DNA of 64,000 nt from Octopus vulgaris (GCA_951406725.2 OX597820.1:48174001-48238000), one strand, 5' to 3'; shown: positions 40,872-57,540, counted from the stretch's first letter. A program made the numbers and translations. The notes: generated from the letters alone by a model not told the origin.

Positions 40872-42442
40872 ATATCTAACTATCTATCTATCTATCTGTT
40901 CCTTTGTTTTGCGAGGTTAATGTTCTTTACATTCAATATTTCATTCATCTTTGTTTTCGTTCTTTCAAATTCTTTCGGTTGCCTTTAGTTGTTTTTCTTT
41001 CTTTTAACCAATTTCCCATTTTCTTATTTCTTGCCTCCACCTTCTCACCTCCTCCTCCCTTCATCCTCCTCCCTACCATCTCCTCCCTTCATCCTCGTCC
41101 CTACCACCTTCTCCCTTCATCCCCCTCCATACCACCTTTTTTTCTCTTCCTCTTTCTCCCCATCTCTTCTTTCCCTTTTCCTCCTCTTGTAAGTATGAAT
41201 ATGCTTCGACTTTTTTTTCATCTTTCTGTTTTCTTTTTCTATATGCTGGCTTAGTTCGATGGGCTAAATTATTTACAGAGTGAGAAGGGGAATTATATGA
41301 TAAAGCGAAATGCGATTGAACTGTTGAATTGAAAAGAAGTTCCCTGGAAAATACATTGGTACAGTGTCCTGTAAGCAGCTTGTGAACAAATGCATGCATC
41401 TTTCCCCTAGCATCTCTAAAAAGAGACTAATACTGTGATCTCACTTTCAGTTTATACGTCCGAGATCCCATTGTGAGCTTATATATGCACAGATATATTC
41501 GCTCTTCTGATTTATTTAAAACTACATGCATTTGCAGAACAAATAAAGTTAATCAACATCAAGTTTATGAAAATAAAATAAATTTAGTATAAGGAAATGT
41601 ATCTGATGGATGTTTAAAGTCAATTTCTTGACCCAATAATAAGTGGAAGATTGAACATGCTTTGGAAATTGTACTAGTCGCGAGACCATATGAAGTTGTT
41701 TACATGCCTCTGAGTACATCTTGATAGTATTAAGTGCTACAAAAGAACTACGAGATGTCATTCAATTACTAGTTACTACAAATAGCAATTTTGTCTTTAG
41801 CTTGGTATTTTAAGCCTCAACATTACTTCAAATAGTAAATGTAATTTTATAATCATAGCTGAATAATTCATTTGATGTTTGTTGCTTCTTACACAGCAAA
41901 CGCTACTTAGATATACTCAATGTCATGACTGCTAACTGTTTAGCAGGCATGATTGACACTTTAAAAGAAATCAACAGAAAAATAATCAAACATGTACAAA
42001 CACTAAAGTGCACCTTATATATTCTCTATACAGATGATAGCTTCACATTTGTAACTTATTTGATGGCAGCAATTAACCGTGTTCTCTTTGAGTCAATAAC
42101 ACCAAAATCTAAATGTATACATATACCAACAGACCCACATATACGAATGTTATAAATATGAGCTTCAAATTAGTATACTCAGTCGATAATTAGTAAATGA
42201 TGCAACATATTTTGTACATCCCGTTGTTCTGTGCGTCCCGTTATATTGATTCTAAGCAAGAGATAAAAATCTAAACATTTTAAATTCTAAGATGTGTAAG
42301 AAAGTATAATAAACGAGATCAGTCTTTAAAATGTAAAGCGTTAAAGAATAAATGTCCTTTTTGAACAGAAATTCATAGAGTTTGTGGAGCTATGTCCCGG
42401 TAGCTGTTGGTCACTAAATATATATATATAAATATATATATT

Positions 42443-42663
42443 CTATTTCTTTACTACCCACAAGGGGCTACACACAGCGGGGACAGACAAACGGATTAAG
42501 TCGATTATATCGACCCCAGTGCGTAACTGGTACTTATTTAATCGACTCCGAAAGGATGAAAGGCAAAGTCGACCTCGGCGGAATTTGAACTCAGAAGGTA
42601 GCGGCTGACGAAATACAGCTAAGCATTTCGCCTGGCGTGCTAACGATTCTGCCAGCTCGCCGC
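42443..42663 (-). mobile_element. SINE family B, near complete
   Basis: Closely collinear with 37720-37947; flanked by TA repeats. Confidence 0.9.
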
Positions 42664-42961
42664 TCTCTATATATATATTCGTCAACATCTGCAAATTTCT
42701 AAATAGGATATACAACTATTAGGAAACTCAAGAGTTCTGTCACTCAAATTCTAAAATTATGAAGAATTTAGCAGAAGGCTTCACCCTTGGCCAGTAGACA
42801 AATAGCTAATTAGATTTAATATGTAACTGGAGACAGAGGATTATTTGTAGTCGAATATACGGAGGGAAAATCACAGAAATTGCGAACAATTTTTAGTTAG
42901 GCACACATAGAAAATCAGATAATTTGTAATCTGGTATACGTGTTAAAAACCGCATAACGTA

Positions 42962-43108
42962 TGGCGCAGTTTATGTGGTAAGAAACTTGCTTCCCAACCA
43001 CGGGGTTCTGCGTTAATACCCACTGTGTAGCACCTTGGGCAAGCGTCTTCTACTATAGCCTCAGACCGACCAAGGCATAGTTAGTGGATTTGGTAGATGG
43101 AAACTGGT
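42962..43108 (+). mobile_element. SINE family A, 5' half
   Basis: tgtggtaagaaacttgcttcccaaccac...caccttgggcaagcgtcttctactatagcc...ggatttggtagatggaaactg. Confidence 0.8.
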
Positions 43109-43945
43109 TATGCATGGACAAAATTCATACTCTCGGCGAGTCTATAAGTATTCAAACCAGTTAAAACGTTTAGATTTTAGAAATGCATTTGAAAATTCAA
43201 ATCCGACGAAAGGCAACAGTGTAAATATGGCTTTACAGAAGAGGAGTGGTATGGCAGAGAAACCGTATGACACGCTGGGTTAGAATTTGCGGGTAACAAT
43301 TGAAACATATCACACATGTTCTGTAATCTGAGTCCTCCAAGAAACAGTAATTATACTTAACTGCTTCACATTGCGGAAAAATAATTAACACATTTTAACA
43401 ACAAACACGCCCGTGATGAAATGTATAAAAATGTTGAAAGTGTATCGGGTGTGAGGTTTAACAAGTTTGAATACACTACGAAAATGTGTTCGGAAACACG
43501 ATTTAAAATGTGTCTGATAAGCAAAGGTATTTTTTTTCTAATATTATCACAAAATAATAGCGGATTTTACCACCTTTCGTAAACCTGAATTACACTATGG
43601 TACATCACAGAGTTTGGCTATACAAATAAACATTATTACGGGGTTAAAGGTTTTCACCGTGTGTTGAGACTACAATGTACTTTCAAATATCAAATACAGT
43701 GACACTTACACTAGTACATGAACTAAAACATACATAATAGCATGAAATTGACGAAGATAAAATATCATTTATTACACCTGATTTAGACATCTGACATATT
43801 TTGTCACGGCTGATGGCGTCTCTCTGTGTCAGCAATCTCTTATTCATAATGTATTCCTTAGTCCAGAATGAATTAGCCAAAACAACATATCTCTGTCTGT
43901 CTGTCATTCACTATCTCTCTTTCTCTCTCCCTCATTCCCTCCCTC

Positions 43946-44015
<70 letters not shown>

Positions 44016-44134
44016 GAATATAGCGAGATATATACATGTGTTTACATACATACACACCCACATACAACCACGCACACAGACACGCACTATACGTTATATA
44101 TACACACACACACACACACACATATATGTATACG

Positions 44135-44166
<32 letters not shown>

Positions 44167-44371
44167 AGCAAACACACAAGCAAACACACTCACACACATA
44201 AATATAATCACTACGTATACACACAGGCAAGTGCTTATACAAATGCGCACATACAAATATGTTTACATGCACAGTTTTACGCACACATACTCATAGGTAT
44301 TTATGTATATACATGCCTGCATAAACGCGCATTAAATCTACATATTTATGTGTTCGTATTTGCACGTGTTC

Positions 44372-44418
<47 letters not shown>

Positions 44419-44447
44419 TATGCACTGACACATATACATGATTATCC

Positions 44448-44497
<50 letters not shown>

Positions 44498-44829
44498 TTA
44501 TCTATTTATCTATCTATCAACATATGTAAATATATAGTTATATACTACACATACATATATACATATATATATATGCGTGTGTGTATGCGTATGTATATAT
44601 ACATACACACATACATCCAGCTCTCATATATGACGCTTCCCAAGTACCTTTGTGAGTCAGTGTACGAAAGTTCAGGAATTTACCTTAAAGTCTCACTGTG
44701 AATGATTAGGAAGAGCCATCAAAAACATACCCAGGAGTGCAATGAAAAATAGAGCTGAAGTAAAATAAAGAGTTATGAAAACTATTACACACATATGTAT
44801 GTACGTATACACATATACATAGGCATAAG

Positions 44830-44866
<37 letters not shown>

Positions 44867-44965
44867 GTATATACATATATATATATATATATATATGTAT
44901 ATGCATGTATAATCATATACATTTATAAATATATATATACGTATATATATATGTATATATATATA

Positions 44966-45028
<63 letters not shown>

Positions 45029-45734
45029 GTATATATATATATTTATATATATATATATATATGTGTGTACATGAGCCTACTCTGAAGCTCTTCTGGAAGA
45101 AAAGTAAAACACAAAAATTATTCGTAAAGAAATAGAATTAAAAAGAGTCCAATTCAGAATGGCGTAATAACGAAACGATTCAATTTGTCTGCAGAATGAA
45201 GAAAAAAGTAAATAATTGCTGACGTTAATATGCTGGCAATGAAATTGCTGCCGGGAGAGGAAAGGAAATGGAATTGGTATAAAATGAAATAAAAGGGATA
45301 AAAAAAATTTTAAAAGAAGAAGAAAAATAACAAAAAGATGAGAAAAAGAAATCAAAATATAAAAACAAAATGAGAAAAGGACGGATGCTGATAGAAAATA
45401 TACGAAATGAGAGAAAATTGACTCCCCGTTTCCTGTGAAAGGATTACAATAGATTTTAGTGGGATTGCGTTGGAAAGAAGATGAGAGAATTATAATGGAG
45501 ATTACAGATTTTTTTTTTAGGGACGAATAAAATATCGTAGAAATACGGTAGTGGAAAAATTGTTATATATGTGTGCGTTGGTGCGTTAGTACATACAACT
45601 TGTGTGTGCTGTATATATACATAACACAGATATATGTGGATGTACATATTTCTATATACATGCAAATTATATGTGTGTATATCGGTAAATTTATATATAT
45701 GTAAATATGTATATATGTGTATATATATATATAT

Positions 45735-45827
<93 letters not shown>

Positions 45828-46225
45828 TGAATTAACGTGTATGTGTGTGTATATGTAGATATATGAGTATGCGATTGCGTGTAGAACATATTTTAATAAT
45901 TTTTATATATTTGTTTCCATTACAAATTTATATGAAATGCGTTTTTAATAAATATCTATATTCATAGACATGCAGATATAGCATGGTTATCCATATACCT
46001 ATCTACCTAGGAATCTCTGTCTCTGTCACTTCATTTTCTCTCTGTTTCTCTCTGTATGGGTGTATACACATTTACACAAATACCCTGCATGCCCATAGAT
46101 GAACATGCTCAGAGAACCTGTGCAATTTGACTCATCGTGCATTTGCACCTGGAATAATGTAGCTACGAAGCAAACTTTCCGGTTGTTCGTGGGCCTCTGT
46201 CTCCATATGAATGAATCTGTTTCTA

Positions 46226-46332
<107 letters not shown>

Positions 46333-46392
46333 CTATCCATCTATCTATCTATCTATACGGAACATTATCTGTCTGTCTGTCTACTTACACAC

Positions 46393-46437
<45 letters not shown>

Positions 46438-46924
46438 AGTGTGTGTGTGTGTGTGTGCGTGTGTGTATGTGTGTGTGTACACCTACACCTATCTGTCTAC
46501 TGCGAGAGATTTTCCCCGTAATAAAATACAGTTAATGGCTTTCTTACGGGTACGAATATGCCTCAAGCATATTTGAACTAATATCAAATTTGCGTGTATG
46601 TATGTATGTGTATAATACTTTCTCTCTCTTTCTCACACACACAAACACATATTTATATATATATGAATCATTAAATCTCGCAGAAGATATGGCTGATGTA
46701 CTTGTATAACTATTTCGTCAGTAAAACATTCATTTTCACAAGTGGTTGCACTATGATCTGTATCCCAAGCGTGATACACCGCAGTTGGTGAGGATAGGAC
46801 TGTTGAACACATGTCGATACAAATATACTGTCTATATGTATCTTGGCAAAATTGAAATTCACGCATCTTACAACATTCATAAGCGTCATTCTTCGTTTGA
46901 ATATATATCACATGGATGGAATTG

Positions 46925-47075
46925 AATTAGATTTCCCATGTTCAGTCCGCTGCAGGACGAAGGCCTCAACATGTTCTCTCCAACCAACCTAGTCTGACGT
47001 AGAGGCCATGAATTTTAGCTTGGGATCATATTGTTTGATGACCTTACTCTTGCACGAGATGCCTTGGTAGAGAGA
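46925..47075 (-). mobile_element. 3' fragment of an RTE-like LINE
   Basis: Minus strand reads ...WREHVEAFVLQRT, resembling the RTE C-terminal W...EAFVLQW motif. Confidence 0.45.
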
Positions 47076-48136
47076 TGTAGATTTTATACTCATATGCAGG
47101 AGTAATTAATACGTTTACATTGACCCCAATGTTCAGCTGGTACTTATTTTATCGACCCTCAAAACAATAAAGGATAAAGTTATTTTAATCTAAAACTGCT
47201 TCAAAGGCGAATATTGATTTAATTTTATTCTGGTCAGCTTCCGCAATAATCAGTGAAAATTTTGTTTGGTGATATAAATATTTGAACAGCTATTCTAATT
47301 TTACCTCCGAATATCCGAGGCCTTTTGTCGCTGTGGAGACCAAATGAGGACAGAATATTAGCAGCTGCTGTTGCACCGATCTCATTCTGTGCATATTCCG
47401 TGTGTTGTATCGGATTCTTTGTGACGAGACATATATCTCAGCTCGGAGTTGAAAAGAAACTGTACGCTGCAAGATCTGATTGTAGTTCACATCAATAAAT
47501 GTTTATTACAGATTTCAGCTTGCATACCTGGTTTCTAGTCATCATTTTGTTGTGCTAAGGATACCGTTTCTAGGTTTTGGTTGAACACAACAGATAGGAG
47601 AACGCTTCTGTTCGGTGTTGGTTTCTATTTTTTGTTGGCAGTTTCATACCTCATTGTTTCCACTGATGTTTATTATTGAAGTTCTTTTGAGGACCGCCGT
47701 AGTCTTTATTCGGCGGAACATTTCCTTATCAAAGCTTTTCTCATCAGAAATCGTACAACCTACGTACAAAGATATTTTCTTTTATCATGCGTAGAGACTG
47801 ATTTGCAATTCTCAATTTTCTGATAATCTTCGGACTTTGGAAGATTGAGCCGATCAGTCATCAGTGAAGAAAATTTCGTGAATACATACACTGCAACACT
47901 ACCTTGTGTATCTTACCCATAATACGTTGAACAACTCAACATTGATTTTCGCACGTAAACACGTACTACCCTTGACTCTTTCATCATGTCTTCAACCATG
48001 ACACACTGCAATAACGCAAATAGCTCTGAATCGAGAAGAAAGCTCTACTTTACTCCATAGACAATCAGTCAGGGTTCGAAATTTCGTCGCTTCCCTGTGA
48101 GGTTATACCAGCATCGTATTTTTCCTGAAACTGACA

Positions 48137-49396
<1,260 letters not shown>

Positions 49397-50308
49397 GACT
49401 TAATGTGTAAATCTTATTTTGAAGAATTCTTTCATCTTTTTTTTCATCAAGCAGTTATTACCCTGGAGGTATTTTTAAATTAGGAAAAGGATCAGCAAAT
49501 CCAAATTGATTTTCCATTAATTTCATCTGACGCTTACGTTGAATCATTCTATGACCAATACAAACCTCCGTTTTACAAGCAAAGTGATATCGTGCGATTA
49601 GTACTATCTCATTTACTGAAGTTAGCTGACAATCCAATTCGCGAATGTCGTTTGCAGAAGGAAGACTTGTTGCAGCACTTGAGGAAAATGAAGGGATCAT
49701 GTCAGAGGTGTAAACGCCTGGACTTGTCAATTGTTTATAGCTCAGTTCGTTGTGAAATGCCTGAGAATTAATCGATCAGAATATGATATGTTCGGCAGGT
49801 ATGTCTAACATAACAAATTCTGTTTACCTCTATATATGCAGAAACAATGCAAGGAGCCTCCTCTTGGATGATAGCACGGATATTTGATCTCCTTTCAATA
49901 GTATAGATAAGTTACTATGAATCAGTCATAAGTTAGACGAGCACATTAATGGTTAACCTTATTTGAAAATGTGATTTTCACAGGTCGTCTTTCTTTAAAC
50001 AGCATTTTTGTTGCTCAGTTCAGAGTAAATAAAGCAAATATAAATATTACAAATATTCGCTATTATCGAAAAAATAGAGGTACATTCTTTCATTTATTTC
50101 ACTTACACCGAGAATTTAAAACACTTAAACTTCCTTTAGTTAATTGTTATCGCCATATTAATATGGCATTCTTATAGATATAAGAATAATCGCTGCCATG
50201 GTCAGCTCCATGAGGCCACCGCCATCAAGATAGCTATTGATACACGATCTGTATCCATTATAACCTTCGAACAAGGGAGGTCAGCCGCTTCACACTGCCA
50301 GTCTGATA

Positions 50309-50347
50309 GCTACAGACGCGTTTCGGGGTATTGCCCCTTGTCATGCA
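50309..50347 (-). ncRNA. Minimal hammerhead motif with decayed 5' core
   Basis: UGCA-UGACAA-GGGG-caaua-CCCC-GAAAC-GC-GUC-UGUA. The 3' half is the canonical Penelope-type GAAACGCGUC; CUGACGA has degraded to UGACAA. Confidence 0.6.
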
Positions 50348-51230
50348 TCGTGAACAGGGATTAGGCTTCTCTCTTCGCTCCTTTGCGCCACATGGGCTCA
50401 ATTCCCTGCCCCTCGTCATCTAACCCTCCTCCTCTCTCCTCTCTTCCTCTCACGCCTACTTCCCACCCACCTCTCCTCTCTTGCTCTCACACCTACCTCC
50501 CCTCTTCACTCCTACCCAGCTTCTCCCTTCCACCTTCTCCCTTCATCGTCTCCCCTCTCTCGTTACCCCACCTCTACATCCCTATAATCGTTTTGCATTC
50601 TATCAATAAATATGTTTTAAAATGATGTCCTATAGATGCGCTGGTTAATCTATGTTTATCACCATTCTCTAATTATTTGCATTGGTTCCTAATAAACTTT
50701 TGTTTATCCTGTTGTTACCTACGCTTGACGTATATGGCGTCCCTGCACACCATTACCAGGTGTTAACACAGGTAGCGGATACTGATAGTATATATGTATA
50801 TTTTATCCCTCACTCAGTTACTACAACCGCTAACTCTATTTATATTTAACCGGGTACGTGCGTATCACGTCAGGTCGCAATGGGAAGGACGGCTTCCTTT
50901 GCAAATATGGATAGAGCACAGAAAATGTGTCAAGAGCCAGCTGGAGAAGATGTTCTCCGGCGGCTACAAGATACTGTTGCATCCATCCTTAGTGGTTAGC
51001 CACACTTAAGTGGTAATTATACTTCACATTATATAGATATGTATATACATCTTGCTCTGTTAAAATATTTGAGAAAAATTACATTAATATGCACGACTAG
51101 CTGCAATTCTATTTTATATATTTGTGCAGCTGAAGATGGCACTACATTTAAATTGATGTAATGATAAATACATATGTATATATGAATATATATATATGTA
51201 TGTATATGCATATATATATATATATATGTA

Positions 51231-51605
51231 TTGTTTCAGTCATTTGATTGTGGTCATGCTGGAGTACAGTCTTTAGTCGAAGAAATCAGACCCAGGACTC
51301 ATTCTTTGCAAGTATAGTGATTGTTCTATCGGTCCCATTTACCGAGCCGTTAAGTCGCAGGGAGGTAACCACACCAACATCGGTTGTCAAGAGAGAGTGG
51401 AGTGACAAACACAGACACGCGCACACATGTACACACACATACATACGACGGGCTTCTTTCAGTTTCCGTCTACCAAATCCATTCAAAAGGCTTTGGTCGG
51501 CCCAAGGCTATAGAAGAAGACACTAACCCTATGTACCAAGCATGGGAGTAAACCTGGAACCATGTGGTTGGGAAGCAAGCTCCTCACCACATATCCACCC
51601 TGCGC
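51231..51605 (-). mobile_element. SINE family A, near complete
   Basis: Reverse complement of the 25115 and 55835 copies (ttgtttcagtcatttga...tttcagtttccgtctaccaaatcc...aaccatgtggttgggaagcaagc). Confidence 0.88.
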
Positions 51606-53059
51606 GCGAATTAGTGTAAATATATATATTCATGTGTATATATATATATATATATATATACATATACATACACATACGTATATATCATGTTGCTATTTGA
51701 GGTGACGTCTATTGTTTAGAAGATATCAAATAGGTAAATATAAATTGTACATACAATTAGCAAAAAATACAGATAAACCGATTACACTAGCTGACAACTC
51801 CTGCGTCAATGATAACAACAACAATTGCTAAAAACAACAAGTCGAAGAAAGGCACCTGTCTATCTATACATCTATCTAACTACTTCGTACATCTATATTT
51901 ATGTGTATATATATATACATATGTATATATATATGTATGTATGTATCTACTTACATAGAACAATATTAAAATGGTTGGCCGACTTACAAAAAAAAATGAA
52001 AATATAGTTGATAACAATTATATACTGATCATATATGGCAGGTTGACAACTGATATCCCTTGATACTCTGAAATAATTTATACTTCATACATCCATTCAA
52101 CCACACGTACATACATACATACATACATACATACATACATACATACATACATACATACATACATACATGTGTGTATATATATATATACACACAGATAAAT
52201 GGATATGTGTATATACTTATATATGTAAACTTACATCTATCATCTATCTATCTATCCGTGTACCCTTAGCATTATATCTCCGTGTGTACGTATGAATGTG
52301 CGTGTGATTATATGTGTGTGTGTCTGTGTGTAAATATGTGTGTCCCTGTGTGTGGGTGTATGTATATACATTCAGACATACCCACACACACGCACACACA
52401 TATATATACATACATACACACCTATATGGACATAAATAAATGAGTACATATATATGTATATGTGTTTATATATATGCATGTACCTGTGTATAATCTATAT
52501 ATGTTCGATTTATAAAATACCTTATCATTTACATATTTAGAGATATATTATTAAATAAATACAAATTTCGTATATGTCAAATTTGTAAAATTTTATCTGA
52601 ATTTAGAACATTCATTTCATAGCGTTACATGTTTATTAGCTTTTAAGTGAACATACATACATACATGGATACATACAAATAATAAATAAATATAGATTAA
52701 ATATAGAGGTATGCGTGTCTTTGTATGTATAGGTGTTCTTGATTTTCATGCTAGTTTTAAAATTTTGAAATTTCAAAAAATACCGAATAAATTCTTAGAA
52801 AAAGGAATTTTAAAGAAATGGTTCGAATCATTCCCAATGGGCGCTGCTCCTGCTGACAAGCTGTCAAGTATGTGTCGTTAATGATTGGACATCTTGGTTT
52901 CCAGAAAAGAGAAAATTCAATTCGAGTATTTTTCGAGTATTTTTCATAATTTTTAATGACGTTAGAAGATAAGTAGTAATCTCTATGATATTTGTTTACC
53001 TACACCCACACCCATACACACGAGCACACACATACACACACACAATAATTAATACACAT

Positions 53060-53147
<88 letters not shown>

Positions 53148-53463
53148 GAAAACAGAAAATTGAGAAATACTGATGAACGACAATTGACTTACATCAATTA
53201 TTATTTATTAATTTTATACAAATAGACTGCATCGCATCTAACAGCTATTTCTGCCTCCAATGTTGTATGGTGTGGCCATTGATACGCTAACAATATTTAT
53301 CATATATGGTAATAGAACTGAAACTGATCTGAAACATGGAACTTCATTAAAATGAAGAATAAATACAGAAGACCATAGACAAGAAAAAGGGAAATCTTGA
53401 ATATGGTGTAATCATACCATTTTCCTTCCTTCTCCCTCTCTCTCTCTCTCTCTCTCTCTGTAA

Positions 53464-53500
<37 letters not shown>

Positions 53501-53507
53501 CATAAAT

Positions 53508-53554
<47 letters not shown>

Positions 53555-53647
53555 CTTATATATAAACATATATATGCATGTATTCTGCATATCTCTATAT
53601 ACTTACTCATATACATATATATACATACATATCCATCTGTGTGCATC

Positions 53648-53693
<46 letters not shown>

Positions 53694-54150
53694 TGTATGT
53701 GTGTGTGTATGTGTGTGGTTGGGTGCATGTGTCTGTGTACATATATAAGATTGGTTATATATCATATTCCGTCTTAATACCTCTGGTAGGTTTGGAAGTG
53801 AGTATGTTATTTGCTGCTCTATTTCGTGTTCGGAGAATGCTTGTTCCTTTCAGAAGACACTCTTTGGAGTACAAACTCGATTCGATCCGAGTTTAGTTTC
53901 GAATGAAACGACACAAATTGGTCATAGGACCACTGTTTCAATCCTCAACGTCAATGAAGGTACTTCTGAATGTCAAAACGTTTCTCCTGAAGTGGAAATA
54001 CTACAACGATTGTCATTTTCGCGTTCAAGTAAGCTGAAATGTATTAAGCATGACTATGTACGTCATCATGTTGATTCTCACTTTTCTATGGGCACATGAC
54101 TATTCAACATACACACGCGCGCGCGCATAGATATATAGATAGGTAGGTAA

Positions 54151-54203
<53 letters not shown>

Positions 54204-54365
54204 CAGATAGAGAGATATGGCAGGTCTATGGGGAAATCCTAGGTTTCAGGCCCATAAAGTGTTTAGCTCTACATCGTTTCTTCAGGCCCTAAAATCTGCT
54301 GGACTACCAGAGGTGGTAAGACGGAATATCATATGTAAGCCATCTTGTAACACAGACACATGCAC

Positions 54366-54410
<45 letters not shown>

Positions 54411-55406
54411 GATTGTTTGTTTGTTTACAATTAGCTTTTTCATATTTAATATTTTAATATATTTACAAGTAATAATGAATAATTAATTTATTAGGTCTTT
54501 ATTATACGTGCATATATATTTATTGATACAGATAATTTTAGATCTTAATTCTTATATTTATATACATTTATATATATTCATTGATAATTTAGTTATTATT
54601 CAAATATTATATAATTATTTGACTTGAAATTGAATTTAATAATATGAATAGTGATGTTTTTTTTTGTTAAATATTTAGGTAATTAGATATTGACTATAAC
54701 TGAGATTAGATTATTTGTGGGTTTATTAGGTTTTTTTAAAGCCATAGTATTTCTGAATAGATAAATACATTTTATATCTATTCTTACCTTAAAAATTAAT
54801 ACTTAAACATTAATATTTAACATTATAATCGATTGTATGACATAATCCTAATCGTTAAAGTTTCTAGTTTGATAATAGAGTTTTTATAAGAAAAATTATT
54901 ATTTTATTTATTTCTTTAAAAATATTGTTTAAATATATTTGATTATTTATTTAAATATTATCATTAACCTGAAGATTGACTATAACCATAATTCGAATTA
55001 TTAATTGAATTTAAATTATTGTTATTCGAATTAGGTTATGGGCATGGAACGATGGTAGTTGTTTTACATTTTATCTTATCTTAAACTTTATAATACTTTT
55101 TGATAGTTATATATGTTTATAATAAATAAATATATAAATAAATATATAATAAAAAAATAAAAAAATAAAAATAAAAATAAAAATAATAATAAAAATAAAT
55201 ATAAAAATATATATATATAAATTTATAAGTATAAATTAATATTTAAAAAAAATTAATTTTAACTTTAAATTTAATTAATTTAAATTTTTAATTTTATATT
55301 TAATATAATTTGTATATTATAATAATTTTATTTCTATGTTTTGGTTTATGTTTTTCACTGTTTGATTTGCCTAATAGTGGTTTTTATCTCTAATTTAATA
55401 TAAATA

Positions 55407-55455
<49 letters not shown>

Positions 55456-55479
55456 TATATGTATATATATGTATTTATA

Positions 55480-55572
<93 letters not shown>

Positions 55573-55704
55573 CATGGATATGAATATATATATATTTATA
55601 TGCTTATCTTATATTGGATATATATATATATATATAAATATAATATAATATATATATATATTTATATATATATATAGATATATACATAATGACCCGTCCG
55701 TGTT

Positions 55705-55806
55705 TTTTTGTATCGTCTATCTGGATGTTTTGTTGTCGCTTTTTGTATCGTCTATCTGGATGTTTTGTTGTCGCTTTTTGTATCACCTAGTTGTCCGGAT
55801 GTTTTG
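55705..55806. repeat. 35-bp tandem repeat: two exact copies plus a degenerate third
   Basis: tttttgtatcgtctatctggatgttttgttgtcgc at 55705 and 55740. Confidence 0.9.
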
Positions 55807-55834
55807 CGTTCTTGTCCCATTTTATATTTTATAT

Positions 55835-56235
55835 AGTGGCTGTGTGGTAAGTCGCTTGTTTACCAAACACATGGTTCTGGGTTCAGTCCCACTGCGTTGC
55901 ACCTTGGGCAAGTGTCTTCTACTATAACCTCGGGCCAACCAAAGCCTTGTGAATGGATTTGGTAGACGGAAACTGAAAGAAGCCCGTCGTATATATATAT
56001 ATATATATATGCGTGTGTGTGTTTGTGTGTCTGTGTTTGTCCCCCTAGCATTGCTTGACAACCGATGGTGGTGTGTTTATGTCCCTGTTAATTAGCGGTT
56101 CGGCAAAAGAGAACGATAGAATAAGTACTGGGCTTACAAAAGAATAAGTCCCGGGGTCGCGTTGCTCGATTAAAGGCGGTGCTCCAGCATGGCCGCAGTC
56201 AAATCACTGAAACAAGTAAAAGAGTAAAAGAGTAA
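55835..56235 (+). mobile_element. SINE family A, near complete
   Basis: agtggctgtgtggtaag...gggttcagtcccactgcg...ctgaaacaagtaaaagagtaaaagag. Confidence 0.92.
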
Positions 56236-56349
56236 TATATATATATATAGATATATCAACAATTGAGGGTAAAATTAATTAATTATTAATCAATTTCACC
56301 AAGTGTTCAGTATGTAAAGGGACCATTTAAGGCGAATTCAAATTATTAC

Positions 56350-56717
56350 ATTATATAAAAGGGCTTAGTAAAATAAATTACTTTGCCACATACTGAACTC
56401 ATTAGAAATAGTAGCTAAAAAAACTTTTTTAAAACTATTTCTAATACTTAAAGAAAATCTCTCTCATATAGTGTTTGCTGAATTCAACTCACGAAAGTAT
56501 GGGGGTAAAGACATTAAAAAATCAAATGCAAAGGTTTGCATTTGATTTTTTAATGTCTTTACCCCATACTTTCGTGAGTTGAATTGAGCAAACACTATAT
56601 GAGAGGATTTTCTTTAAGTATTAGAAATAGTTTTAAAAAAGTTTTTTTAGCTACTATTTCTAATGAGTTCAGTATGTGGCAAAAAGTAATTTATTTTACT
56701 AAGCCCTTTTATATAAT
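56350..56717. repeat. Near-perfect palindrome with ~183-bp arms and a 2-nt spacer
   Basis: Centre ...aatcaaatgcaaa-gg-tttgcatttgatt... at 56533-56534; the arms differ only by a few indels or substitutions. Confidence 0.95.
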
Positions 56718-56725
56718 ATATATAG

Positions 56726-56795
<70 letters not shown>

Positions 56796-57501
56796 TTATC
56801 CTAACTGGCTAGTGGTCAGTCAGGATAAATTTATAGAAGGAATGGGGAGGTGAGGGTGAGAGAGAGAGAGAGAGAGAAAGATATGAGTCGGTAAAGAGAT
56901 GAGAGGGTGAAAAGTAAAGGAGTGTCAGCTATGTAGTGAAAGAGTCTAAGTGAAGCTCAGAGAGATGGGGTAGGGGTAGGAAAATGGTAGAATGAAGAAT
57001 TTGGGAATATAGGTTAGGTTCCTTAGAGGACAGATCAATGCTTAATAGTAGAAGAATAAATATATATATACATGAAGACGTATACACATGCATATATTAA
57101 ACATGTATATATACATTTACACACATCAACTCATACATACTTATATAAATTCATGTATATTACATGCATTCCCGTATATAGACACTCATTTATACCTAAT
57201 TTTGACATATATGAAAATTCTTGCATACTTAGTGGCATGCATGTAGGCTTGCACCTGCGTATAATTCTATGTGAGTGTACACATATATACGCGCACACAC
57301 GCATATACAAGTACACATGTAGAGGCTGGTGTGTGTAAGTTTATCAATATACACACATACTCATACATAATCCGTGTCTATATAAAATATTTATACGTCG
57401 AATCACATATACTCACATATACCCGCTTGTATTCCTATAAATGCATACACATACATGCACAACACGCGTATACACGCATATACATATACGCGTTTCTATA
57501 C

Positions 57502-57540
<39 letters not shown>

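Noticed and set aside
51126-51180. Plus-strand CTGAAGA-stem-AATAC-ATAT-GTA; similar relics at ~22583-22620, ~54225-54290 and ~54968-55000
   Set aside because: Possibly very old hammerheads, but too many core and stem mismatches to support a call.
54400-55390. Extremely AT-rich ~1-kb block as organellar DNA or an origin
   Set aside because: No recognisable mitochondrial gene or tRNA; it could be decayed repeat or low-quality consensus.
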